A DNA stretch of 64,000 nucleotides from Gammaproteobacteria bacterium (GTDB taxonomy: Bacteria > Pseudomonadota > Gammaproteobacteria > Steroidobacterales > GCA-2729495), in NCBI GenBank assembly GCA_027293165.1, contig JAPUGB010000013.1:2604-66603 (forward strand), written 5' to 3'. Both the position numbers and the translations under genes were made by a program. The notes below the pieces were generated by a model, which worked only from the letters and a program-made list of their open reading frames with translations, was not told the DNA's origin and did no database searches. Below are positions 17,698 to 27,871 of this stretch, one piece after another (position 1 is the first letter of the stretch; each line of letters begins with the position of its first letter).

Positions 17698-20403
17698 CTA
17701 CTTGCTGCGGCCGGCCTTTGATTTACCGGACTTACTTTTCGCGGCGCTCGATTTTGATTTCGCCGCCTTTTTGCTAGCCTTGCTTGCGCGTCCAGCGCCT
17801 GCCTTTGCCGCGGGCTTTTTTGCGCTCCGCTTAGGCGCGCTGGTTTTCGTGCCAAGCTCGTGGCCATCAAATTCATCCACGGCAATTAAGTCCATCACTT
17901 GGGAGTCATACATGCGTAGCTGATTCGCCTCTTCCTCCGTCACGATCCCGCTTTTTTCGGCCTGATCAATTTTGTCGAGAGGATGTTCCCCGGCGATTAC
18001 ACTGGCTCTTTCCGCGTCGCGAATCTTGTGTTCCAGGGGTGTCATCTGCTCAGCCATTTCGAGGGCTTCTTGCAACTGACCGAGCGGATTTCCGGGACCG
18101 GGAGTCTTGTAGATTCCTGCGCACAGCCGGTCACGGGCCGCTGTGGGGTGCGTGATCAGTTGGACTATGCCTTCTCCAAGCTCATCGGACGGCGCGAAGT
18201 AGGTCCGGCCCCGCGGAAACACGCAGAGCCGCAGTGTCGCGGCCACAAACCGGTTCGGAAAGTTGCGAAGGAATCCGTGCAATTGCTCCTGCGCGTGGTA
18301 CAGCAATGTGCGACAGGACCACTCCACCAGCGGCAAATCTGCATCGGGCCGGCCCTGGTCCTCATAGTGCTTGAGCACGAGACTCGCAAGGTAGATAGCA
18401 CTGAATACATCGCCCAGTCTGGCACTGAGTGATTCGCGGCGCTTTAAATTGCCGCCCAGGACCAGCATCGCGATATCCGCTGCCAGGGCAAAGGCCGAAC
18501 TGTACCGGTTTATGTGCTGATAGTAACGCTCGGTGGGCCCTTCGATTGGCGTATCGCTGAGCTTGGCGTGCGTCAGCGCAAGAAAAAATGACCTTGCCGC
18601 GTTGCTCACCGCATTGCCAACATGGCTGAACAGTAACTGATCGAACTCGCGCAGACCCCTTTCGTAATCCGGGTCCTGTGCCGCCTGCATTTCCTTTAAA
18701 ACGAATGGGTGGCAACGAATGGCACCCTGTCCAAAAATGATCAGGCTGCGCGTCAGAATGTTAGCCCCTTCGACGGTGATCGCAATTGGCACTGCCTCAT
18801 AGCCTCGGGCGAGATAGTTTTTTGGCCCCATCATGATCCCTTTTCCACCATGCACATCCATGGCGTCGTTGGCGATATTGCGGCCGAACTCGGTGCACCA
18901 GTATTTCAGGATCGCCGACGGAACAGCCGGTTTTTCGCCCATCCCGATGGCCACGGCAGTCACGGTCAATCCGGATTTGATGATATAGGTGTAACCAGCC
19001 ATGCGCGTTAGAGCTTCGCCGACACCTTCGAATTGCCCGATCGGAAGGTTGAACTGTTTGCGAATTCGGGTGTAAGCGCCGGAGGCGTAAACGGCCGCCT
19101 TTGATCCCCCCAGGGCGTTCGATGGCAGAGTGATTCCCCGGCCCGCTGACAGCAATTCGACCAGCATTTTCCAGCCCTGGCCTGCCCGCTCAGGGCCACC
19201 GATAATGAAATCCAGAGGAACAAACACGTCTTTGCCCCGCGTAGGACCATTTTGAAACGGCACGTCGAGGGGTAAATGCCGCTTCCCAGTTTCCACCCCT
19301 GGCGTGTCTGTCGGAATCAGGGCTGCGGTAATGCCATACTCATCCTTCTCACCCATCAAATGATCCGGGTCATACAATTTGAATGCGAGGCCCAGAACTG
19401 TCGCGATCGGCGCCAGTGTGATGTACCGCTTGTCCCAATTTAGCCTAATGCCAATGATCTCCCGACCATCGAAGATTCCTTTGCTTACCACACCGGTATC
19501 GGGAATCGCAGCAGCATCCGAGCCGGCCCGAGGCGCCGTCAGAGCGAAACACGGAATCTCATCGGCCCGTGCCAGCGCTGGCAGATACTTATTTTTCTGT
19601 TCTTCGGTGCCGTAATGGATCAATAACTCAGCCGGTCCCAGCGAGTTTGGTACCCCAATGGTTGATGCGGCCACGATGTTCCGACTGGATATCTTGACTA
19701 GCACCATGGAAGTGGCAACCGGCGAAAACCCTAATCCCCCGTACTCTTCGGGGATGATCATCGCGAAAAAGCGCTCTTTCTTAATGTAGTCCCAGACACG
19801 CTTTGGCATGTCGGCCAGTTCATGACTGACCTCCCAGTCGTCGAGCATCTCGCAGAGTTTCTCAGTGGGTCCGTCAAGAAAAGCTTGCTCTTCGTCCGTC
19901 AGTTTCGGCGGTGGCAGAGACATCAGGACTTCCCAGTTGGGCATGCCAGTAAATAGCTCACCGTCCCACCAGACCGTGCCGGCCTCAAGCGCTTCGCGCT
20001 CGGTGGTCGACAGGGTTGGCACCATGGTTTTGTAAATCTCGAACAACGGGGCGGTGATCTTATTCCTGCGGAAGTCGTCGATGTTTAATGCGACCAGGCC
20101 GGCGTAGCTCGTCCATAAAAGTATGAACCAAACAAAGTGACCGGCGCCAAACAGCGAATAAATGAGTAGGGCGACGCCGGCCACTATAGTGGACGTTCTG
20201 AGGTCGACACGCCGGTAAGCGACGGTGCCCAACACACTGACGAACAGCAAAAACCAGATCAGACTTGCCAAAAGGATTTCCTTAACGAGTAATGTTTCTA
20301 GGCTGGGCTTTGTCGTTCGCCACACGATTAGGCGGACGTTCAGGTTTGTTATCGCAACTATACCGCATGCCAGAGGTCGGCGGGCAGGACGCAATACGCA
20401 CAT
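17698..20403 (-). CDS. fadE: Acyl-CoA dehydrogenase FadE (large membrane-anchored type) with Lys/Ala/Ser-rich C-terminal tail
   Basis: Near end-to-end similarity to FadE ([75 protein letters not shown]). The start is uncertain: ATG at 20403 or GTG at 20325. The ORF extension to 20517 is unlikely to be translated. Confidence 0.85.
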   Translation of the reverse strand: [901 protein letters not shown]

Positions 20404-20602
20404 ACCACAATCAATTTGGTACAAGACCGAGTAGTGCCCTTCAAGGTAGAACCTGAAGCTTGGTAGTGACGGGGATGCAGCAGCCAATGGGCAGCGGTCC
20501 CCGTTTTCATTGCGCAATGATCTACCGGAGAAAACTGATAAAAAAGTATGGGCTAGCTGTATCTATGGTCGGCAGCTTGATGGACCCAAACTGATCCGTT
20601 GC

Positions 20603-21580
20603 TTACAAAAGGTCGGCCACAGCGGCGCGTTCTTCCCGCAGTTCCGCATCGGTTGCGTCCAGGCAAGCGCGACTGAAATCATTGATTTCAAGGCCCTGCA
20701 CTATCTGATAACCGCCCGCGGCGCAGGTGACCGGGAAAGAGTAGATGATCCCCTCTGAGATTCCATAACTGCCATCCGCAGGGATTGCCATGCTGACCCA
20801 ATCGTCCGACGGAGTTCCTCGAATCCAATCACGAATGTGATCGATGGCCGCGGAAGCCGCGGATGCAGCACTGGACGCACCTCGAGCCTTGATAATTTCT
20901 GCGCCCCGTTGCTGGACTGTCGGGATGAATTCGTTGGTGGTCCATGCGGGTTCCACTATATCGACAGCCGGCCGGCCATCGACGGTAGCGTGACTGATAT
21001 CGGGGTATTGCGTCGATGAATGGTTGCCCCAAATCGTCATCTTTTTTATTGAACTTGCGTGAGCGCGGGTTTTTCTCGCTAGCTCTGCCAATGCCCGGTT
21101 GTGATCCAGTCGGGTCATTGCGGTGAAGTTGGCGGGCGTGATGTCCGGCGCGTTTTTTTGCGCAATCAAAGCGTTCGTATTTGCAGGGTTACCCACCACC
21201 AGTACCCTGACATCGCGACTGGCATGTTCATTAAGTGCCCTGCCCTGAACCGAAAATATCTGTGCGTTACCGAGTAGTAGATCCGCTCGTTCCATGCCGG
21301 CTCCGCGTGGTTTCGCTCCAACCAAAAGCGCGTAGTCGGTATCGCGAAATGCAACATCGGCCTGATCCGTCGCCACTATGCTATCGAGTGTCGAGAATGC
21401 GCAGTCGCTGAGTTCCATCCGCACGCCCTGCAGCGCATCCAACACTGGCGGAATTTCGAGTAGTTGGAGAATCACGGGCTGATCAGGCCCGAATATATCC
21501 CCGCTGGCAATTCGAAACGCCAACTGATAACCAATTTGACCAGCTGCTCCTGTGATCGTGATTCGAACTGCGGAAGTCAT
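20603..21580 (-). CDS. mdh: Malate dehydrogenase
   Basis: [22 protein letters not shown]-terminus and [11 protein letters not shown] block of the LDH-like type 2 MDH family. Confidence 0.9.
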   Translation of the reverse strand: MTSAVRITITGAAGQIGYQLAFRIASGDIFGPDQPVILQLLEIPPVLDALQGVRMELSDCAFSTLDSIVATDQADVAFRDTDYALLVGAKPRGAGMERADLLLGNAQIFSVQGRALNEHASRDVRVLVVGNPANTNALIAQKNAPDITPANFTAMTRLDHNRALAELARKTRAHASSIKKMTIWGNHSSTQYPDISHATVDGRPAVDIVEPAWTTNEFIPTVQQRGAEIIKARGASSAASAASAAIDHIRDWIRGTPSDDWVSMAIPADGSYGISEGIIYSFPVTCAAGGYQIVQGLEINDFSRACLDATDAELREERAAVADLL

Positions 21581-21774
21581 TCCAGGTGTGTTCCCCTTGA
21601 TCTTGTTAATTCTATGCGCTCGAGGGCATTGAGATAGCGCAACCGGATCGGGATTCTACCATTCAGGTCTATCACAGGCGCAGGGATCGCCACGGCGTGA
21701 TGGGCGAGGCGCCGTGGTTTTACGCTTCGTGAAAGGCTGGCTCTGAAATAGCCTCCGCGGCCGGCGTCAGGGAG

Positions 21775-22113
21775 CTAGTTGTTGGCCTTGTAGGCCCTTA
21801 CTTCGGCGTTGAACTGTGCTGCGAGACTTTCCATCGCGTCAACCCCGGCGTTATACATCTGCACGTGCGTTGAACGCTGTTCGTCGGTCTGTTTCTCATC
21901 GGCCGCTGCGCTGTCTGCATCGATACAATCCAGATAGGCTTGCATGTTGGCCATGTATTGTTTGACCTGCTTTTGTCCCGCCACCATCTCTTCCTCAGTT
22001 GCGCTTTCACCTTCCGGTACAGTAACCACTTCTGGAATGGCGCACTCGGCGTGTACTGATGAAAACATCAGTGCCGCAACGGGCGTAAGTAAGATTTGCC
22101 ACATCATTTTCAT
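21775..22113 (-). CDS. Hypothetical secreted protein
   Basis: 112 aa from MKMMWQILLTPVAALMFSSVHA (signal peptide), two Cys, acidic helical remainder. I recognise no family. Confidence 0.5.
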   Translation of the reverse strand: MKMMWQILLTPVAALMFSSVHAECAIPEVVTVPEGESATEEEMVAGQKQVKQYMANMQAYLDCIDADSAAADEKQTDEQRSTHVQMYNAGVDAMESLAAQFNAEVRAYKANN

Positions 22114-22431
22114 CCAGGCAGTTCCTTGGAGGTCCCCGCAATGGCTGGCGCCAAAGCAATATTGCATTTATTCGACGAAAGCCAAATTCCGGTTTCGGGG
22201 TGCGATTTATGCCCTACGCGGGCCGAAATCCGCCATCATTTTTGTTCCAGCCCCGGTTGATTCGCCAAAGCCAAGCATAGCAACAATTATCGGTTTGACA
22301 AAATCGTAGCCCGGGACCGCGCGTCTTGTGTCGTTTGGTCAACGCTGCCACGCCGGGAGAATGCCAGTTGGAACACCATGGATCCAGCTTGCTGCGACGA
22401 GCCGGCAAATCGTTCCGGTGGTTTTTCAGCG

Positions 22432-24354
22432 TCAGGCGATCAGCGCCTCGTACGTGTTGGTGCCGCGCTGCTGGGCTAACATTAATTCGTGAAAATCTGC
22501 TGCTGTCATGGGTCCACCAAATAGCAACCCCTGCACCAAATTGCAATTCAATTTTCGCATGACGTTGAGTTGTTGTTCGGACTCCACGCCCTCCGCGACC
22601 ACGTCAATGTTTAGCTTTCGACCCATCTCGATGATGGCTGCGACGATCGTGGCATCGTCGGAGTCCATTGCGGCATTGAAAACAAATGACCGGTCAATCT
22701 TCAGTGTATTGATCGGAAATTGCTGAACCGCGCTTAGCGAGGAATAGCCCGTACCGAAATCATCGATAGCCAGGTACAGACCAAGATCGTGTAGATCTCT
22801 CAGAACTTTAACTGTCCGTCCGCTATCGTCCATAAGAGTGGTTTCGGTGATCTCCAGTTCAAGGCAGGACGGTGATACCCCGTGTTTGCGACATATGTTC
22901 CTGACCCTTCCGACGAAGTTGGGTTGGCGTAGCTGTAGTAATGATAAATTGGCAGATATTCGGCCAGGGATGGCAATAGACTTCTGCCAGAGCTTGTAAT
23001 CTGTACAAACCCTTTCCAATACCCATTCTCCGACCTTCAGGATTTGATTGGTTTCCTCGGCAAGCGGGATGAACTCCGATGGCAGCACGATCCCCTGTCC
23101 TGGCAGATCCCAACGCACCAGAGCTTCGGCGCCAATAATACGTCCGTCGCGTACATCGACTCTCGGCTGGTAGTACAGCAGCAATTCGTCATTCTCGACT
23201 GATTGTCGTAGTTTGCTCTTAAGCAAAAGACGCTTCGCCACATCCTCCTTCGTATCCGGATCATAGAATGCAAAATCGTCACCGCCTCGGCGCTTCGCAT
23301 CGTACAGAGCGAGGCCACCGTTTCGGCTAAGGTCCATTGCCCGGGCACCATCCTCCGGGTATAGCGCAATGCCAATACTCGCAGTCAGATAGAGGTGGTG
23401 CCCGTGAATTAGAAAGACCCCCCGCAAGCTGTCGACTATCTGACTTGCCATCGAGGCAGCGCTGTCGTGAGCCTGCGCCCCTGGAGGCAGGCCTTCCGCG
23501 ACAATTGCAAACGCATCACCGCCAAACCGTCCAATTAACGTGCCATCAGGAAGGTTACTCGTGAGTCGCTCTACCACTGCTTCAAGCGTTGCATCTCCAG
23601 CCGAATGCCCATAGGTGTCGTTGATATTCTTGAAACGGTCTAAATCCAGCTGAAGCAGTGCCAGTGCCTGCTGCTCCTTTCGCGCCCGAGCTATCGCGCG
23701 GCGCAACAGGTGATGCATCTGATTCCGGTTCGGGACTTTGGTTAGCGCGTCGGTCTGCGCAAGATAGCGAATACGCTGTTCAACCCGCATGCGGTCCGCA
23801 ATGTTCTGGAATACGATTAGAATGCGTTGAGACCCATTGGGCCCGCTGATCCTTGAGAAAGTATATGAAACGGGAACCTCTTGCCCGTCGCGCGTCTTAA
23901 AATGCCCCTCCCCGACTTTTTCCCGGTCGCCGGAACGCTCATCGAACCGCTCGGAGGATCTCGAGAAGAGAACTTCCAGTGGTTGACCAAGCAATTCTTT
24001 CTCGTCATAACCGAGCAGCGTGGATGCCGAATGGTTAATGCGCACGATGGTGCCATCTGACGTTGATATGACCACCGCATCACTGACGTGACCAAGAATC
24101 TCATCGAGGTAAAATCCCGCTACGTCACGGCTTAGCGATCCAGGTGTGGCTCCGCGCCGGGCCGCGACCAACCCGCCGATTCCGGCTCCGAGCAAGGCAA
24201 CGATCAGCGCGATGGCCGTTAGTTTCACTCCGTCAGGACCATTGGCCGATGCGAGGTCAAGCGCATACAAAGCTACGCCGGTGAGTCCCGCTGCCACAAT
24301 CGTTAGAATGACTGCGAATAGAAGTGATTTGTTCAAAATTTGCGTGGATTTCAT
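22432..24354 (-). CDS. Membrane-anchored PAS / degenerate GGDEF (GGDAF) / EAL signalling protein
   Basis: Two N-terminal TM segments and a PAS block (ISTSDGTIVRINHSASTLLGYDEKELLGQPLEVLF). RFGGDAFAIV replaces GGDEF. EAL motifs are intact (EALVRW, DDFGTGYSSL, LKIDRSF, EGVES). Confidence 0.85.
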   Translation of the reverse strand: MKSTQILNKSLLFAVILTIVAAGLTGVALYALDLASANGPDGVKLTAIALIVALLGAGIGGLVAARRGATPGSLSRDVAGFYLDEILGHVSDAVVISTSDGTIVRINHSASTLLGYDEKELLGQPLEVLFSRSSERFDERSGDREKVGEGHFKTRDGQEVPVSYTFSRISGPNGSQRILIVFQNIADRMRVEQRIRYLAQTDALTKVPNRNQMHHLLRRAIARARKEQQALALLQLDLDRFKNINDTYGHSAGDATLEAVVERLTSNLPDGTLIGRFGGDAFAIVAEGLPPGAQAHDSAASMASQIVDSLRGVFLIHGHHLYLTASIGIALYPEDGARAMDLSRNGGLALYDAKRRGGDDFAFYDPDTKEDVAKRLLLKSKLRQSVENDELLLYYQPRVDVRDGRIIGAEALVRWDLPGQGIVLPSEFIPLAEETNQILKVGEWVLERVCTDYKLWQKSIAIPGRISANLSLLQLRQPNFVGRVRNICRKHGVSPSCLELEITETTLMDDSGRTVKVLRDLHDLGLYLAIDDFGTGYSSLSAVQQFPINTLKIDRSFVFNAAMDSDDATIVAAIIEMGRKLNIDVVAEGVESEQQLNVMRKLNCNLVQGLLFGGPMTAADFHELMLAQQRGTNTYEALIA

Positions 24355-24597
24355 TTTTCGCCCGGCATTAAGCGATGGGATGGCGGCGAATTTCGCTTAG
24401 CGGGTTTGGGATAGCGCCGCTGGCCTAGCCGGGATATTGCTATATTTGGTTTGTACTACCCGGGCCCTGACCCTTAGCATTACTGAGAAGTCGCTGGAGT
24501 ACAAGAGTGACGGGGGATTCCCATTCGAAAGGCTGTATCCGCACGCTGAGCAGCTTTTCCATAATGGGCAACCTGCCGATCTATTGCGGAACGACAT

Positions 24598-25590
24598 ATG
24601 CCGGAAACGGGGACAATCCGAAGCCATTTTGCACCGCCGGCACTCCTTCGTGGGCGCCACCTGCAATCCATTCTGGCAGGATGGCCACCCAGGCGGCCAT
24701 TGGTTAAAAGGCGCGCCAAAGAATTTCTGGAGGCGTCCACTGATGTCATCGTCGACTGCGGCGAAGGCGTTCGTTTGCTGAGTCATCAGACACCGGCAAT
24801 GCAAAGCAATCGACGCTCACTTGCGGTTTTTATACATGGTTGGGAGGGTAGCGCCGATTCCATGTATATACTTTCCGCGGCCAGCCGATTGTGGCGGGAC
24901 GGTTACGACGTTTGTCGCCTAAACCTCCGTGATCACGGTAATTCACATCATTTGAACGAAAAATTATTTCACTCCTGTCGTTTACGGGAAGCGATCGGGG
25001 CTGTCGTATCGTTACAGCAACGGGACCCTAACCAGTCGTTGAATCTCGTTGGTTTCTCTCTCGGGGGAAATTTTGCGCTGAGAATTGCCGCGGACGGACC
25101 GTCAGCGGGGCTGAAGCTTAAGCAGGTAGTTGCAATTTGTCCCGTTCTCGATCCCGTGCAAACGCTCGATGCGCTTGAAAACGGTTGGGTGGGATATAAG
25201 AGTTATTACATCAAAAAATGGCGCAAATCATTAGCGAAGAAAATGCACGCGTTTCCGGATCTATATAATTTTTCGGACCTGACGCAATTCCGCTCGCTGC
25301 GGGATATGACAGATCATTTTGTGACCACCTATACCGAATTTCCGGATCTTCACACCTATCTGCGAGGCTATGCGTTGACCGGTTCCAGGCTTGCCGAATT
25401 GGATGTTCCATCGACGATGTTACTCGCTGAGGACGACCCGGTAATCCCAATCGCGGGACTTAAAAACATGGCGAGGGTACCTAGCCTGACGGTTGAACGG
25501 AGCACTTTCGGCGGCCATTGTGGATTCCTTGCGAATTATCGGATGCGGAGTTGGCTGGACGAATACGTTCTGCGCGCCCTGCAAGTGTGA
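24598..25590 (+). CDS. Alpha/beta hydrolase (YheT-like)
   Basis: HLQSILA N-terminal block, HGWEGSADS, nucleophile elbow GFSLGGN, C-terminal GGHCGF. Confidence 0.75.
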   Translation: MPETGTIRSHFAPPALLRGRHLQSILAGWPPRRPLVKRRAKEFLEASTDVIVDCGEGVRLLSHQTPAMQSNRRSLAVFIHGWEGSADSMYILSAASRLWRDGYDVCRLNLRDHGNSHHLNEKLFHSCRLREAIGAVVSLQQRDPNQSLNLVGFSLGGNFALRIAADGPSAGLKLKQVVAICPVLDPVQTLDALENGWVGYKSYYIKKWRKSLAKKMHAFPDLYNFSDLTQFRSLRDMTDHFVTTYTEFPDLHTYLRGYALTGSRLAELDVPSTMLLAEDDPVIPIAGLKNMARVPSLTVERSTFGGHCGFLANYRMRSWLDEYVLRALQV

Positions 25591-25605
25591 CTCCGGCGTG
25601 TTTGC

Positions 25606-26019
25606 TTATTCGCGATAACCGTAGCCTAGGTGGCGAACACCGGTCACGATGCCGTTTTCGAAACGGACAACTCGCATCAATTTTCGTGGACCAAGGTTGT
25701 ATGTCCATTCTTCGATTAGAACTTCTATTACCGAACGTGTTGATATTAGAATTTCGTTGTCACGCTTATCGACAGCATGTCTCTCGCCGGCATCCCTCCG
25801 GGTAAACTGGCGTGTGGGACCGGAGCGGTAAATCGCTCTTTGCAACATATGGGTAGGGTCACCGCAGAAGCGCAATATTTTTGCCTGATGGTCCCCCCTA
25901 AGCACCAGTTTATTTCCGCAACGCATGGCCATAGCGCGCTCGCCCATAGCCAGGGTGGCAATCACTACAATAAGCGCCACTAATGCGGTTTTCTTATGTT
26001 TTCCCACCGGTCTTTGCAA
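25606..26019 (-). CDS. DUF2845 domain protein
   Basis: Signal/TM segment followed by CGNKLV...CGDPT...WTYNLGPRKLMRVVRFENGIVTGV, the pattern of DUF2845. Confidence 0.6.
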   Translation of the reverse strand: MQRPVGKHKKTALVALIVVIATLAMGERAMAMRCGNKLVLRGDHQAKILRFCGDPTHMLQRAIYRSGPTRQFTRRDAGERHAVDKRDNEILISTRSVIEVLIEEWTYNLGPRKLMRVVRFENGIVTGVRHLGYGYRE

Positions 26020-26231
26020 TATGCTAGCAATAAGGCTGTGTACCTGGCTTTGGACCGCGTCGATCCAAGTCAGTTCCGGTCGAAACGCCGGGGTGACTGG
26101 TAACAGTCAGTCGCGACGCCACGGGTTGCAGGGGCCATGTGCTTGAGCTATATCTGCTGATGTCGACACTGGACCCCGCTAGACCAGCCAGCCGGCTGCT
26201 GAGGAGTGTTTGTGATGATTGTTTGTAGAGC

Positions 26232-27794
26232 GTGAGCAGGGGGTTTCAGAATCGCATTCGCGAGCTGTCGCAGGGCGGCCGCGCCGCAGCGTTACGTGGC
26301 GGTCCGCGCGGAATCGAGAAGGAAAGCCTGCGCGTCAATCCGGATGGGTCTATCGCGACGACCGCTCACCCTGAGACTCTGGGATCCGCTCTGACCAACC
26401 GCTACATCACCACGGATTACTCCGAGGCTTTACTCGAGTTCGTGACGCCGCCCGAGGACAGTCCCTGGGGGGTGCTGCAGTTTCTATGCGATATACACCA
26501 GTTCGTTTACGAGGAAATCGGTGAAGAGTTGTTATGGGCTTTCAGTATGCCTTGCAGCCTCCCTGAAGAGAGCGAGATTCCGCTGGCATGCTACGGCGAT
26601 TCAAATATTGGGCAGATGAAAACGGTTTACCGACGCGGCCTCGGTTATCGATATGGGCGGTACATGCAGGTAATTGCGGGGTTACATTTCAATTATTCGT
26701 TACCCGACTCTTTTTGGGAAACGTACAGTGAAATGGAGAAGTGGACCGGTACTTTGGTTCAACGCAAATCTGACGCCTATTTCGGGCTCGTTCGAAACGT
26801 ACGCCGATTGGATTGGCTCTTGCTGTATCTATTCGGAGCATCACCAATCGTGTGCAAGAGTTTCACTGCCGGAAAAGACGTCGATCTAGAGGAACTGGAT
26901 AGCGATACGTATATCGGGCGATACGCTACGTCATTACGTATGAGTGAGCTTGGATACCAGAATACGAATCAGGCTGGTCTGCAGGTATCAGCAAACAGTC
27001 TCGACGAGTACGTCAGTGATCTTTCTGCTGCTGTTAATACGCCGAACCCGGAATACATGAATATAGGTCTCAAGCGCAATGGATTACATCTACAACTCAA
27101 TGCCAATCAACTGCAGATAGAAAACGAGTACTACAGCACGATACGTCCGAAGCGAGTCGCTCGATCAGGCGAACGCCCGACCAGCGCTTTGCAGCGCGGT
27201 GGCGTTGAATACGTAGAGCTGCGTGCCTTGGATATCAGTCCATTCGACCCGGTCGGCATCAATCAATCCCAAATCCGGTTTCTGGAGGCATTTCTCATTT
27301 ACTGTTTGCTTCTCGATAGTCCACCGATTGAGGAGAACGAACAGCGCGACAACAAGTTTAATAGCGCAACCACAGCCAAGGGTGGCCGTAAGCCAGGCGT
27401 CGAACTGAGGCGCAGGGGAGCGCTGATCCCTTTGAAAACCTGGGCGTTGGAAGTTTGTGATCAAATGACCGCAGTTTGCGAGTTTCTTGACGGTGGCCCC
27501 GAGGGTGCTTACACAGAGGCACTTGGGTTGCAGATGTCCGCGGTGGAGAACGTTGATCGGACGCCGTCGGCCAGATTAATTGCTGAACTTGGCCAAACGG
27601 GGTTGCCTTTTGTGCCGTTTGCACTGCAGGTCGCGCAGGACTATCGCGACTATTTTCTCGATCTGGCGCCTGAGCACAACGGCCACCGATCGCTGCTGAT
27701 CTCAGAGCACACTGAGTCGCTGCAGCGCCAGCGGGCTTTGGAGGAAGCGGGCGATGTTTCGTTTGATGCATTCGTGGCTAATTATCTCGGCTGA
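26232..27794 (+). CDS. gshA: Glutamate--cysteine ligase
   Basis: GIEKESLRVNPDGSIATTAHPETLGSALTNRYITTDYSEALLEFVTPP aligns with the E. coli GshA N-terminus. 520 aa. GTG start. Confidence 0.9.
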   Translation: MSRGFQNRIRELSQGGRAAALRGGPRGIEKESLRVNPDGSIATTAHPETLGSALTNRYITTDYSEALLEFVTPPEDSPWGVLQFLCDIHQFVYEEIGEELLWAFSMPCSLPEESEIPLACYGDSNIGQMKTVYRRGLGYRYGRYMQVIAGLHFNYSLPDSFWETYSEMEKWTGTLVQRKSDAYFGLVRNVRRLDWLLLYLFGASPIVCKSFTAGKDVDLEELDSDTYIGRYATSLRMSELGYQNTNQAGLQVSANSLDEYVSDLSAAVNTPNPEYMNIGLKRNGLHLQLNANQLQIENEYYSTIRPKRVARSGERPTSALQRGGVEYVELRALDISPFDPVGINQSQIRFLEAFLIYCLLLDSPPIEENEQRDNKFNSATTAKGGRKPGVELRRRGALIPLKTWALEVCDQMTAVCEFLDGGPEGAYTEALGLQMSAVENVDRTPSARLIAELGQTGLPFVPFALQVAQDYRDYFLDLAPEHNGHRSLLISEHTESLQRQRALEEAGDVSFDAFVANYLG

Positions 27795-27871
27795 GAATTC
27801 ATGAAGAGCTGGTAGTGCTTGTTTGGCGAAGAAGCCGCGTTTAGTATTGTGCGGCGTACGCTCCGGCTAAT

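Noticed and set aside
20404-20517. Extra 38 N-terminal residues on FadE (ORF start at 20517)
   Set aside because: The codon at 20517 is TTG. The extra residues have no counterpart in FadE, which begins with its first TM helix. The ATG at 20403 or the GTG at 20325 fits better.
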